Positions 1-9,495 of a stretch of 64,000 nt of DNA are shown here, in pieces. A program made the position numbers and the translations under genes. Positions within the stretch are counted from its first letter, which is position 1. The number at the start of each line of letters is the position of its first letter. The notes below the pieces were generated by a model. The model saw nothing but the letters and a program-made list of their open reading frames with translations, did not search any database and was not told where the DNA came from. This DNA is from an uncultured Armatimonadetes bacterium (lineage in GTDB: Bacteria > Armatimonadota > UBA5829), in the NCBI GenBank assembly GCA_963711155.1, contig CAVQDB010000005.1:2346382-2410381 (forward strand), read 5' to 3'.

Positions 1-25
1 CTGTGTTGCGACTCTTCTCCACCAT
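1..25 (-). CDS. Probable start of the next operon gene, running off the left edge (MVEKSRNT...)
   Basis: ATG at 25-23 preceded on the minus strand by GGAGGG; same orientation as the upstream operon; only 8 codons visible. Confidence 0.35.
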
Positions 26-54
26 AAGCAGGTCTCTTCCCTCCATTTGCAGCT

Positions 55-200
55 TGGATGCTGAATCAAGTTCAGCATGACACGGTCCAGACTGGATGCT
101 GAATCAAGTTCAGCATGACAAGGTCCGGACTGGATGCTGAATCAAGTTCAGCATGACAGGGTCCGGACTGGATGCTGAATCAGGTTCAGCATGACAAGGT
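55..200. repeat. REP/BIME-like tandem array of palindromic repeats, 38-bp period, about 3.8 copies
   Basis: Core TGGATGCTGAATCA(A/G)GTTCAGCATGACA starts at 55, 93, 131 and 169, joined by near-identical 10-bp linkers (NGGTCCRGAC). The internal palindrome is ATGCTGAA-N5-TTCAGCAT. The array lies just downstream of the stop codon at 201-203. Confidence 0.9.
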
Positions 201-2468
201 TCACTTGGTGATCTCAAGCGGCGCCCAGTGTCCGGGCACGGGTTTGGCGCGGGCGGCCCATTTCTTCCAGACGGCGGGTTCGCCCAGCAGCCCGACGTAC
301 AGAGCACCGACGACCGGCCTGGCCTGCGCGATAGCGATCCGGCCCGTGTCGGTCCAGTACCAGTCCGTCATCGGAACGCGGCTCGGTGATTCGTTAAGGA
401 ACGTGAAGGCGGCGTTGACGAACGGCTCGAAGTCCTTGCGATCGCCCGTCAACGCGCCGGTCCACATCATCCAGTCCAGTTTGGTGCTGTTCTGCCGGAT
501 GTCCAGCGGGAGGCCGTAACGCGTCAGCTTCGTTCGATAGAACGCGATCTCCTCTCGCGCGACCTCGGGCGGGAACAGGTCGAGATTGAGAACCCGGTTC
601 CAGATCAGGTTGTATTTCTGGCTCCAGGTACCGGAACGGTCGAACGCGAGCCGGTAGTGGTCGCCATCGTTGGCCATCTTCGTCCATTGGACCGCGAATC
701 CCTGCGCGAGCTTGCGATAGCTCTCGGCCTCGTCGCGCTTGCCCAATCGGTCGCAGAGCTGGGCAAAGGCGCCGAGGGCGAGTATCGATTTGGCCGAAAG
801 ATTGACGTTGTGCGCGAGGTGGCCGGTGAAGTCATCCGTGCAGAGCTGCTCCTTGGGATCCATGCCGTTGCTCTTGAGGTACTCCGCCCACTTCGTCAGG
901 ACCGCCCAGTGCTTCGCGGAGAAGTCGGCGTTGCCCTCGGCTTTGGCAATCGCCGCCATCATGAGCAGCATGTTGGCGCTCTCTTCGACGGGCATTTGGT
1001 TGGTCTCGGTTTCCTCGCCACCGCCGTAGACCTGGCCGTCGGCCAGTGGGTAAGTCCCGATGTCGTGAGGGGCGAACGGCCATTTCCAGCGCGGCGATTC
1101 GGCATAGAGCAACACGGGTTCAAGCGAGGCCTCGAGCAGCATCGGATTGAAGAGCAGTAACTGCGGCGAGGACGGGTAGATGACATCCACGGTGCTGATG
1201 CAGGCGTTGCTGAAGCATTCCTTGCAGAAGTAGAGCGGCATACCGTTGGCGTCGGCCGCGAGCTTGCCCGCAGCCATGCACTGCCTGTAAGCCAGCGATG
1301 CTATCTGCGCATACTTGGGTCCGCCGGCGGCTGTGAGATCGGCGATTACGTCCTTGTCGAACGCCTCGCACTGCTTAGTTAGAGGCTCGTAGTCCTTTGC
1401 CGCCTGCTTGAGCATGTCCGCGGCTTCCGCGCCGTTGCGACGCCAGTAGGGACGCAGGCGTTGGCCCATGAACTCGATGCTGTAGAGGTCGTCGTAGGCG
1501 AAGATCACGTAGCGCGAGACGGGCGTCTCGTCGACTTTGCCGAGATCGAAGGTGACGGTGGCCGATGGGAACGCCTCGCCCGCGGGCCGGGGCATGGCAG
1601 AATCGTCCGGCTTGGGGAGCGGGCTGTTCGTCAGCAGAGAGCCGCGGCAGGCGTCGCCGTTGCCGAGATAGGTCTGCAGGCCGGGCTGGTTCGGCGTCGC
1701 GACGTAGAGATAGCCCCAGTCGATTCGCAGGTCATCGCCTTTCTTGGCGAGAATGGGCTGGTCCTGGCTGCCGATGCGAAGGACGGTCAGTCCGTCGACG
1801 GCGGGACGATCCCATGTGACGCGCTGGTCCGGGGTGTTGACGGTCAGCAGCGCCGAAGTCTCCAGATAGAGTGTGACGTCATGCTCCTTGCCGTCGTTGC
1901 TTGCAACTTTCCAGGTCATGTACGACGCAGGCCGGGAGAGGATGTCGAGGTCGTAGGGCAGGCTCGGGGTCATGAACGTGAGCACGAGCCGGACCTTGTC
2001 GTTGGCGATCCTGTAGATGGAGCGCGTAGGCGTCACTTCGAGGCCGGTCTGCGGCATGGGCGGGACGTAGAACGGGTCGGTTCCGATCACGCGCAGGACC
2101 TTGCCGTCGATGCGGATCATGCAGCGGAGCGGCATCTGGCTGCCCGTCCAGTGCGTGGTGTGGCCGTCGGTCAGGAAGTCATGGAACGACCAGACGCTGA
2201 AGTAGGGATCGACCGCGATCAGGGGCGTAGCCGGAGGGCGGAACGGCCCGACGCCGGGTACGCCCGTGTCGGCTGCGGCGATTCCGCAGCAGGCGAAGAG
2301 CGTGGCCAAGGCAAGCAAGATGGCGCACCGCAGGCGCTGAGTACCGTGTCGAAACGCCGTGGAGTTGCGACCGCCCTTCGATACGGCCCACCCATTCGCT
2401 ACGGCGGCCAATCCCCGCCTACTCAGGGCGGGCCACTCAGGGCTAGCAGAGTGGAGACACACGATCAT
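201..2468 (-). CDS. GtaA glutaminase-like / DUF5127-DUF4965-DUF1793 protein, (alpha/alpha)6 barrel, secreted
   Basis: Intact 755-aa ORF with family motifs FRPPATPLIAVDPYFSVWS, KECFSNACISTVDVIYP, APHDIGTYP, MPVEESANM, WSQKYNLIW and ARPVVG. A hydrophobic signal segment is present but the exact start is uncertain (ATGA overlap at 2465-2468). Confidence 0.85.
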   Translation of the reverse strand: MIVCLHSASPEWPALSRRGLAAVANGWAVSKGGRNSTAFRHGTQRLRCAILLALATLFACCGIAAADTGVPGVGPFRPPATPLIAVDPYFSVWSFHDFLTDGHTTHWTGSQMPLRCMIRIDGKVLRVIGTDPFYVPPMPQTGLEVTPTRSIYRIANDKVRLVLTFMTPSLPYDLDILSRPASYMTWKVASNDGKEHDVTLYLETSALLTVNTPDQRVTWDRPAVDGLTVLRIGSQDQPILAKKGDDLRIDWGYLYVATPNQPGLQTYLGNGDACRGSLLTNSPLPKPDDSAMPRPAGEAFPSATVTFDLGKVDETPVSRYVIFAYDDLYSIEFMGQRLRPYWRRNGAEAADMLKQAAKDYEPLTKQCEAFDKDVIADLTAAGGPKYAQIASLAYRQCMAAGKLAADANGMPLYFCKECFSNACISTVDVIYPSSPQLLLFNPMLLEASLEPVLLYAESPRWKWPFAPHDIGTYPLADGQVYGGGEETETNQMPVEESANMLLMMAAIAKAEGNADFSAKHWAVLTKWAEYLKSNGMDPKEQLCTDDFTGHLAHNVNLSAKSILALGAFAQLCDRLGKRDEAESYRKLAQGFAVQWTKMANDGDHYRLAFDRSGTWSQKYNLIWNRVLNLDLFPPEVAREEIAFYRTKLTRYGLPLDIRQNSTKLDWMMWTGALTGDRKDFEPFVNAAFTFLNESPSRVPMTDWYWTDTGRIAIAQARPVVGALYVGLLGEPAVWKKWAARAKPVPGHWAPLEITK

Positions 2469-4814
2469 TCGAACACCACCATCGTATGAATGTCGACGCT
2501 TGGGACGGTGACTTGCACGCCATCGTTGTTCTTGGTGATCGGCAGAGGAGTGTGTCCCGGTTCCTGGTACGCCGAGTTGACGCTGGTGTCTGCGATAGTG
2601 ACCTTGATGTTCGGGATCGGCAGAATGTCCTCCCTCATGGAGGGATTGTTCTCAGGCAGAGCACCATCGGCCGTGGTATTGACCTCGTTGAGCAGGTGCA
2701 CGATCCTGCGCTTGCCGTTGTTCTGAGTGTAGAACGCGGCCTGGACGCAGAGCGGCGCTTCGATCTTGTAAGGGCACTTGCCGGCTGCCCACTTCACGGC
2801 GTTGCTGATCAGCTTGCGCTGGTACTGGAATGGCGCGATGAAGTAGGCCTGGCCCATGTCGCAAGCGAAGTAGACCGAACGGCCGCTGCCCACGGAACTC
2901 ATCGAGTTGGCGTCGTTGATGACGATGAAGGGCCACTCCGGATCGGCCAGCCGACGGCCCAGCCTGATGACGCCGGGGACCAGATCGACGTTGGTCATCC
3001 ATCCGATGTAGTTGACACGGTCGCCGCCGCGGTAGTTCGCGCGGATAACGGGATCGTCAACGATGGGGTGCGAGTCGATCCCGGTAAGGGGCAGATAGCA
3101 CTGCACCCACGGGTCGAAGTTGGGCCAGCGCGCGGAGTAGTCGGTTGTGCCCTTGAAATGAACCCCGAAGACGTCGGAGAGGCCGAAGTCGGGCTGGCGG
3201 TCGCCGAACTCGTTGCAGATCGAGCTTTCGTGCATGGCGACGATCCCGCCGCCGTCCTTGACGAACTGGCGAATGTTGTCGTCGGCTTTCTTGCTGAGAC
3301 AGGCGGCGTTGGGCAGGATCAGCACCTTGTACTGCTTGAGTGTCTGCAAGTTCTCGACGTCCGGCTCGATGATGATGTCGAGCGGGAGGTGGTCCTGCAT
3401 CATGGCGCGGAAGACGCCGACGGCCGACTCCATGTGCGCGGGCATGCGCCGCTCGCCGGCGGCGAGCTTGCCGATGTCGGGCGTGTCCACGCCGCTGCCA
3501 AACCAGTGCCCCAGCGGCACTTCCATGCGCAGCGCCGGGCAGGCCGTATAGTAGGCGGCTGCTCTCGCCGACGAGCATGGCCGCCCACTTCACGGACTTG
3601 GCGCCGTCGGTGAAGGGCTCGCGTTCCTCGAGCATCTTGTTGAAATGCGAGAGCGGGGCTTCTTTGCTCTGCTGCCAGTAGCCGGTGGCGACGAGGCAGC
3701 CGTTGGTGAGGACGGTCATATTGCGAACGTCGCACTCGGCGGGCGGCGGCTGCATTCCGAACTGGCCCTGCTCGCACAGATACGGCAGGACCAAGGCGGG
3801 GCTGTCGCCGGTGAGGCCGCGGTAGTAGCGGCAGGTGAACGCCGGAAGAAGGTTGCTCCCCTGGTCAGGTGGGAAGTCCCACAGCAGTTCGAGGGCGGGT
3901 GCGTCAAGCACGCGGTGCATATTGTCCGAGCCCTCGACGGCCGGCGCGCCCATCCAATGCCACCATCGGCCCGGGCCGGTGGTCCACGGCGCGCAGACGA
4001 AGTCCGGCTTGAAAGCCTTGAGCGCCAATGTCCACTTCTCGACGAACTTGGTGTAACGGTCGAGCTTCCACTTGAGATAGTGGCGCCACTCGGGATCGTT
4101 GGCGTTGATCCCGCCGGGCATGTCGCGGCCGGTTTCCTTCTTGTAGTCGGCGACACAGTGGGGGCAGTAGCATTGCATCCAGCAGCCGAAGCCGTCGAGG
4201 TTATAGCCGTCCAGGTCAAGCCTCTTGGCTATCTCGACCTGCGATCTGATGAAGAAGTCGCCGTAGGGCGAGTTCCAGCAGCCGAGGACCATGCTGTCCG
4301 GTATCTTGTCGGCGGGAAGCGGCTTCTGACCCGGCGAATCGAGAACCTGCCAGTCGGGATGCTCCGCCTGGACCCACGGCGTCATGTGCATCCGAATGAC
4401 CTCTCCGAGAACCTTGATGCCTTTGGCGTGCGCGGCGTCTACGTTGGCGCGGAGCTGCTTGACGTCTGCGTCCGACAGGGCCTTGCCCGTGCGGACATCG
4501 ACGATTTCGTCGTTCTTGCCAAGAACGTAGGGACCGCCTGCAAAGCCCATGCCGCCGGCGTTGGTGCCGCCGCAGATCGCGTTGGACCCGTCCTTGACCA
4601 TCTGATCCAGATCACCGCGAAAAGCGCCGAAGCAGAGGCGCTGGTTGGTCTTCAGCCAGGTGTTGTTCTCGGCATCGAGGCCCTTCATCGAGTCGGCACG
4701 GGCCTTGATCTTGGCCAGGACTGCACTGTCGGGCTTGGCCGGAGTGGCCCCGTCAGCGTACGGGGCCAGCATCATACAGCAGCAGAGTATCGCTATCAGA
4801 CGCATAGCTGTCAT
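2465..4814 (-). CDS. Putative glycoside hydrolase, TIM barrel + beta-galactosidase trimerisation domain (GHL6-like), paralog 1; one apparent frameshift near 3531
   Basis: ORFs 3057..4826 and 2465..3526 join into a protein collinear with the intact neighbour 4831..7137. Motifs: HPDWQ, CWNSPYG, NLDGFG, CYCPHC, HMESAVG, KVLILPNAACLS. GAGG RBS precedes the ATG at 4814; signal peptide present. Confidence 0.8.
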
Positions 4815-4830
4815 TGCATGCCTCAATTCT

Positions 4831-7137
4831 CTATTCGAAAACCACCATGGAGTGGATGACGAGCTTGGGAACGGTGACCTGGACGCCGTCGGCCGTCTTG
4901 GTCAGCGGCAGCGCTGTGTGGCCGGGCTCCTGGAAGGCCGTCGTAACGCTGGGATCGGCGAGCGAGACCTTGATGTCGGTAACCGGAACGGTGTCCTCGC
5001 GCATGGGCGGATTGTTCTCAGGCAGGGCGCGGGAAGCAGTGGTGTTGACATCGTTGAGGAGATGCACGATCTTGCGCTTGCCGTCGTTCTGAGTGTAGAA
5101 GGCGGCCTGGACGCAGAGAGGGGCCTCGACCTTGACGGGACACGTATTGCCGGCGGCCGCCCAGCGCACTGCGTTGGTGATCATCCTGCGCTCGTATTGG
5201 TACGGCGCCAGGAAGTATGCCTGCCCGAGATCGGCTGCGATGTAGGCGGATCGACCGTTTCCGACGGTGTTGAGCACCACAAACGGCCAGTTGTCGGCGC
5301 CAAGGCGGTTGCCGATTATCTTGGCGGACTTGTCGGCCTCGACGTTGGTCGCCCAGCCGATGTAGTTGAGCCGGTCCGAGCCTCTGCGGTAGTTCGACTG
5401 GATGACGGGGTCGTCGGTGATCTCGTTCTTGTCGTAGCCAAGGAAGATGTCCACGCACTTCACGTAGTTGGGCCAGCGGGCGGAGTAGTCGTCCGTGCCC
5501 TTGAAGTGAGCGCCGTAGACGTCGGCGAGGCCGAAGTCGGTCTGCCGGTCGCCGAACTCGTTGCAGATGGAGCTTTCGTGAAGCGAGACCAGTCCGCCGC
5601 CGCCCTTGACGAACGCGCGGATCACGTCCACTGCCTTCTGGCTGAGGCAGGTGGCATCGGGGAGAATCAGGACCTTGTATTTGCGGAGGGTAGCGATGCT
5701 CTCCAGGTCGGGTTCGATCACTATGTCGAGGGGCAGGTGATCCTCCATCATCGCGCGGAACGTGCCGACGGCGGATTCCATGTGGGTGGGTATGCGACGC
5801 TCACCGGGCGGGAGCTTGCTGATGTCGTTGGTGTCTACGCCGCTGCCTATCCAGGAGCCCAACGGCACTTCGAGCCGCGCGCCGGGGATGCCGTGCATCA
5901 GCCGGCTGCTTTCGCCGACGAACATCGCCGCCCATTTCAGCGATTTGGCGTTGGTGGTGAACGGCTCGCGGTCCTTCAGCTCCTTGTTGAAGTGCGAGAG
6001 GGGAGCGTCGGCGTTCTGCTGCCAGAGCCCCTGGCCGACGAGGCAGCCGTTGGTGAGAACGGTCATCTCGCGCACGTCGCACTCGACCGCCGGTGGCTGC
6101 ATGTTGAACTGGCCCTGTTCGCACAGATAGGGCAGCATCCAGGCGGGTCGGTCGCCGGTGAGGCCGCGGTAGTAGCGAACGACGAACGAGGCGATCATGT
6201 TGTCGCCCTGATCGGGCGGGAAGTCCCATAGCAGTTCCAGGAACGGCGCGTCAAGGACGCGGTGGAGGGCGTCGGTCCCCTCGGCAAACGGCGCGCCCAT
6301 CCAGTGCCACCAGCGTCCGGGGCCGGTCGTCCACGGCGCGCAGACGAAGTCCGGCTTGACGGCCTTGAGCGCGGCGGTCCACTTCGCGACGAATTTGGTG
6401 TAGCGGGCCAGCCTCCACTTGAGATAGTGGCGGAACTCGGGGTCGTTTACGTTCTTGTCCTTGGGAATGTCCTTGCCGGTGTCGTGCTTGTAGGCGGCGC
6501 GGCAGTATGGGCAGTAGCACTGGGTCCAGCACCCGAAGCCGTCCATGTTGTAGCCGTCCCAGTCCAGCCGCTTCACGAGCTCCACCTGCGACTTGATGAA
6601 CCAATCGCCATAGGGGGAGTTCCAGCAGCCCATCATGGCGCGGCCCTCAGCGGCCTTGCCGGTTATGGGCTTGCCGTTGGGCGTGACGATCTCCTGCCAG
6701 TCCGGGTGCTCGGCGACCATCCAAGGGGCGATGTTGAAGCGGATGACCTCTCCGAGGACTTTGGCGCCCTTCGCGTGTGCGGCAACGACGTTGGCGCGCA
6801 GTTCCTGAAGGGTCTTCTCGGGCACCACTTTGCCGCTGATCTCGATGATGGTCTTGCCGTCCTTGTCGAGGATGAACGGGCCTCCGGCGAAGCCGATGCC
6901 GGCGGCGTTGGTGCCGCCGCAGATGACGTTGGTGCCGTCCTTGATAACCTCGTCGAGGTCCTTTGGGCCGACGCCGAAGCACATACGCTGATTGGTCGTA
7001 AGCCAGGTGGCAGGCCTGTCGGCGATGCCGACCAGGGACAGGTCCTGTGTGGCGTCATCCGCGGCAAACGCGGTCAGCGCGGCTGCAACCCACACGACCG
7101 TCAGTGCAAGAACAAGTGTAAGCGACTGTCTGAGCAT
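4831..7137 (-). CDS. Putative glycoside hydrolase, TIM barrel + trimerisation domain (GHL6-like), paralog 2, intact
   Basis: 768-aa ORF with signal peptide; motifs CWNSPYG, NMDGFG, CYCPYC, HMESAVG, VLILPDATCLS, GGGLVSLHESS. Confidence 0.85.
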   Translation of the reverse strand: MLRQSLTLVLALTVVWVAAALTAFAADDATQDLSLVGIADRPATWLTTNQRMCFGVGPKDLDEVIKDGTNVICGGTNAAGIGFAGGPFILDKDGKTIIEISGKVVPEKTLQELRANVVAAHAKGAKVLGEVIRFNIAPWMVAEHPDWQEIVTPNGKPITGKAAEGRAMMGCWNSPYGDWFIKSQVELVKRLDWDGYNMDGFGCWTQCYCPYCRAAYKHDTGKDIPKDKNVNDPEFRHYLKWRLARYTKFVAKWTAALKAVKPDFVCAPWTTGPGRWWHWMGAPFAEGTDALHRVLDAPFLELLWDFPPDQGDNMIASFVVRYYRGLTGDRPAWMLPYLCEQGQFNMQPPAVECDVREMTVLTNGCLVGQGLWQQNADAPLSHFNKELKDREPFTTNAKSLKWAAMFVGESSRLMHGIPGARLEVPLGSWIGSGVDTNDISKLPPGERRIPTHMESAVGTFRAMMEDHLPLDIVIEPDLESIATLRKYKVLILPDATCLSQKAVDVIRAFVKGGGGLVSLHESSICNEFGDRQTDFGLADVYGAHFKGTDDYSARWPNYVKCVDIFLGYDKNEITDDPVIQSNYRRGSDRLNYIGWATNVEADKSAKIIGNRLGADNWPFVVLNTVGNGRSAYIAADLGQAYFLAPYQYERRMITNAVRWAAAGNTCPVKVEAPLCVQAAFYTQNDGKRKIVHLLNDVNTTASRALPENNPPMREDTVPVTDIKVSLADPSVTTAFQEPGHTALPLTKTADGVQVTVPKLVIHSMVVFE

Positions 7138-7299
7138 TGGAACTTCCTTTCCGTCAACCCGCTTCCAAATGAAGCTTCGATATCAGAACTCATGAACTGG
7201 TTCGCCAGCTCAATCAACCATTCCTGCGCAATAACACGCAACCACACGCAAAAAGCAGCAGTTGCCTGAACCCAGTCCGGACAATCCGGCTGGCCTCGT

Positions 7300-9492
7300 C
7301 TACAGGAGTGCAAGCGGAGCGCCGCTCAGCCGATAGCGGCCGCCCTTGGTTGTGCGCAAAACGAGCGTCTCGTCACCGTATCTGACCTTGCAGGCGCCGC
7401 CGAGTTTAGACAGAATTGTCGCGCCGGACAGGCGGCCGTCCTTCCATGACATGTCGACGACAAACCCGCCGCGCGCGCACAGCCCTTTGACCGTGCCACT
7501 GCTCCAGGCTTTGGGCATGGCCGGAAGCAGATGGACCTCGCCGGTCTGGCTCTGGAGAAGCATCTCGGCGACCGCCGCTGTTGCGCCGAAGTTGCCGTCG
7601 ATCTGGAACGGCGGATGAGCGTCCAGCAGGTTGGAGTATGTGCCGCCGGCGTTGCCATAGTCGATGTCCTTTGAAGTCACGAGCCGGAGTTGACTGGCGA
7701 GCATCTTGTGGGCGTGGTCGCCGTCGAGCAGTCGGGCCCAGAAGCAGATCTTCCACGCCTTGCTCCATCCGGTGCCGCCGTCGCCGCGGGCGTTGAGTGA
7801 GACCCGCGCGGCACCCGGCGAGCGCGGGGGTCGTGGTGGGAGAGATCTGGTTGCCGGGATAAAGGCCGAAGAGGTGGGATACGTGGCGGTGCTGGTCGGT
7901 TGGGTCGTCCCGGTCCACCGCCCACTCCTGCAGTTGGCCCCATTTGCCGATCTTCGGCGCGAGCAGCCTGGAACGCATATCGCTGATCTTGCGGCGGTAT
8001 TCGGGATCGACATCCAGCACGGTCGACGGCCTGGACGTAGTTGCCGAACAGGTCCCAGATGATCATCTGGTCGTAGGTGACTCCGTCCTCTCGCGGGCCG
8101 TGCTCGGGGGAGAAGCCGTCGGGAACGACAAGCGTGCCGTCCGGCAGGGCCTTGAGGCGATCCTCCCAGAACTCGCAGATCTCCTTGATGATCGGATAGG
8201 CGCGCGACTTGAGGAACTGCCTGTCGCCGGTGAACTCGTAGTGCTCCCAGAGATGCCTGCAGAACCACGCGCTGCCGGTGAGGTTACTCCCAGCGGGACC
8301 TGCCGAAGATGTTGTTCTCGGTGTAGATCACCCAGCCGCGGGTGCTGGGGCCGAAGTCCTCTTTGGTCTGTTTGGCGCGCACCTCGCGCAGGTTGTTGAT
8401 GTAGTCCAGGAACGGGATGTGGCACTCCGAGAGGTTGGTGGGCTCGGCTGGCCAGTAGTTCATCTCGACGTTGATGTTGGCGTGATAGTCGCAGGTCCAG
8501 GGCGGGTTGTTGCTGTCGTTCCAGAGACCCTGGAGGTTGGCGGGAAGCGATCCGGGGCGTGAGCAACTGATCAGCAGGTACCTTCCGAACTGGAAGAACA
8601 GGCTTTCCAGGCCGTTGTCCGGCGCGCCCGCCGCGTATGCGGCCATTCGCTCGTCCGTAGGCAGTTGGGCGGCCGACGCGTTCGATGGCCCGAGGTCGAG
8701 CGTCACGCGATCGAAGAGCCTCCGGTAGTCCCTGACGTGCTCGGTAAGAAGCTGGGAATAGGGCTGGGCGGCGGCGTTATCGATCTCGTTCGTGAGCTTG
8801 CCGTGCGGATCGGGGCCGCGCCACCCCTGGTCGTAGCGGGGGACGTAGTTGGTGCGCGCGGCAAGGATCAGGATGAGGCTGTCCGCGCCCTCGATCTTGA
8901 GGTCCGAGCCGTCGGCCGCGACGGTCCCGCCCTCGTGCTTGACCAAAACCTGTGACTCATATTTGAGGCCGTTGGCGAGCGCGCCGGCGGAGGTGAGGCG
9001 GCCGGCACCGGCGGTCGTTGCCGCGCCGTGGGCGTCAAGGAGCCTGATCGTTCCTGAGTACGAGCCGGGCTTGTCGGCGGTCAGGCGCATGACGATGACC
9101 TGCGCCGGGGCGCTGGAGAAGCACTGCCTGCGGTACGTGACGCCGCCGGATGTGTAGGTAACGTCGTGCACGGCCTTGCTGATGTCGAGTTGGCGGCGGT
9201 AGCTTTGAGGCGCATCTTGCTTGAGGTCGATGTAGATGTCGCCGAAGTCCTGGTAGCAGCCGGTGTCACGTTCGTCGCCGGTCCAGAGGCTGATCTCGTT
9301 GAACTGCACGCGCTCGCTGGGTGCACCGCCGAAGATCATGCATCCAACGCGGCCGTTGCCGATGGGGAGCGCCTGAGTCTGCCAATCCCGCGCGGGCTGC
9401 TTGTACCAGAGCACGAGCGGGTCACGTGCCTCGCACGCGGCGGCGCAGCAGATCAACAGCATTCCCATAGCCATACGCGAGATCAGCGTCAT
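7300..9492 (-). CDS. GH95 alpha-L-fucosidase-like protein; three apparent frameshifts (about 8290, 8021 and 7815)
   Basis: Segments in different frames carry GH95 motifs in the right order: LWYKQPA..ALPIGNG, LFFQFGRYLLIS.SRPG.LPANLQGLWN, YHANINVEMNYW, FSPEHG, HRHVSHLFGLYP, GWSKAW, HPPFQIDGNFG. Confidence 0.9.
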
Positions 9493-9495
9493 AGC

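Noticed and set aside
55-200. CRISPR array
   Set aside because: The 'spacers' are only 10 bp and almost identical, no cas genes are present, and the unit is a REP-type palindrome
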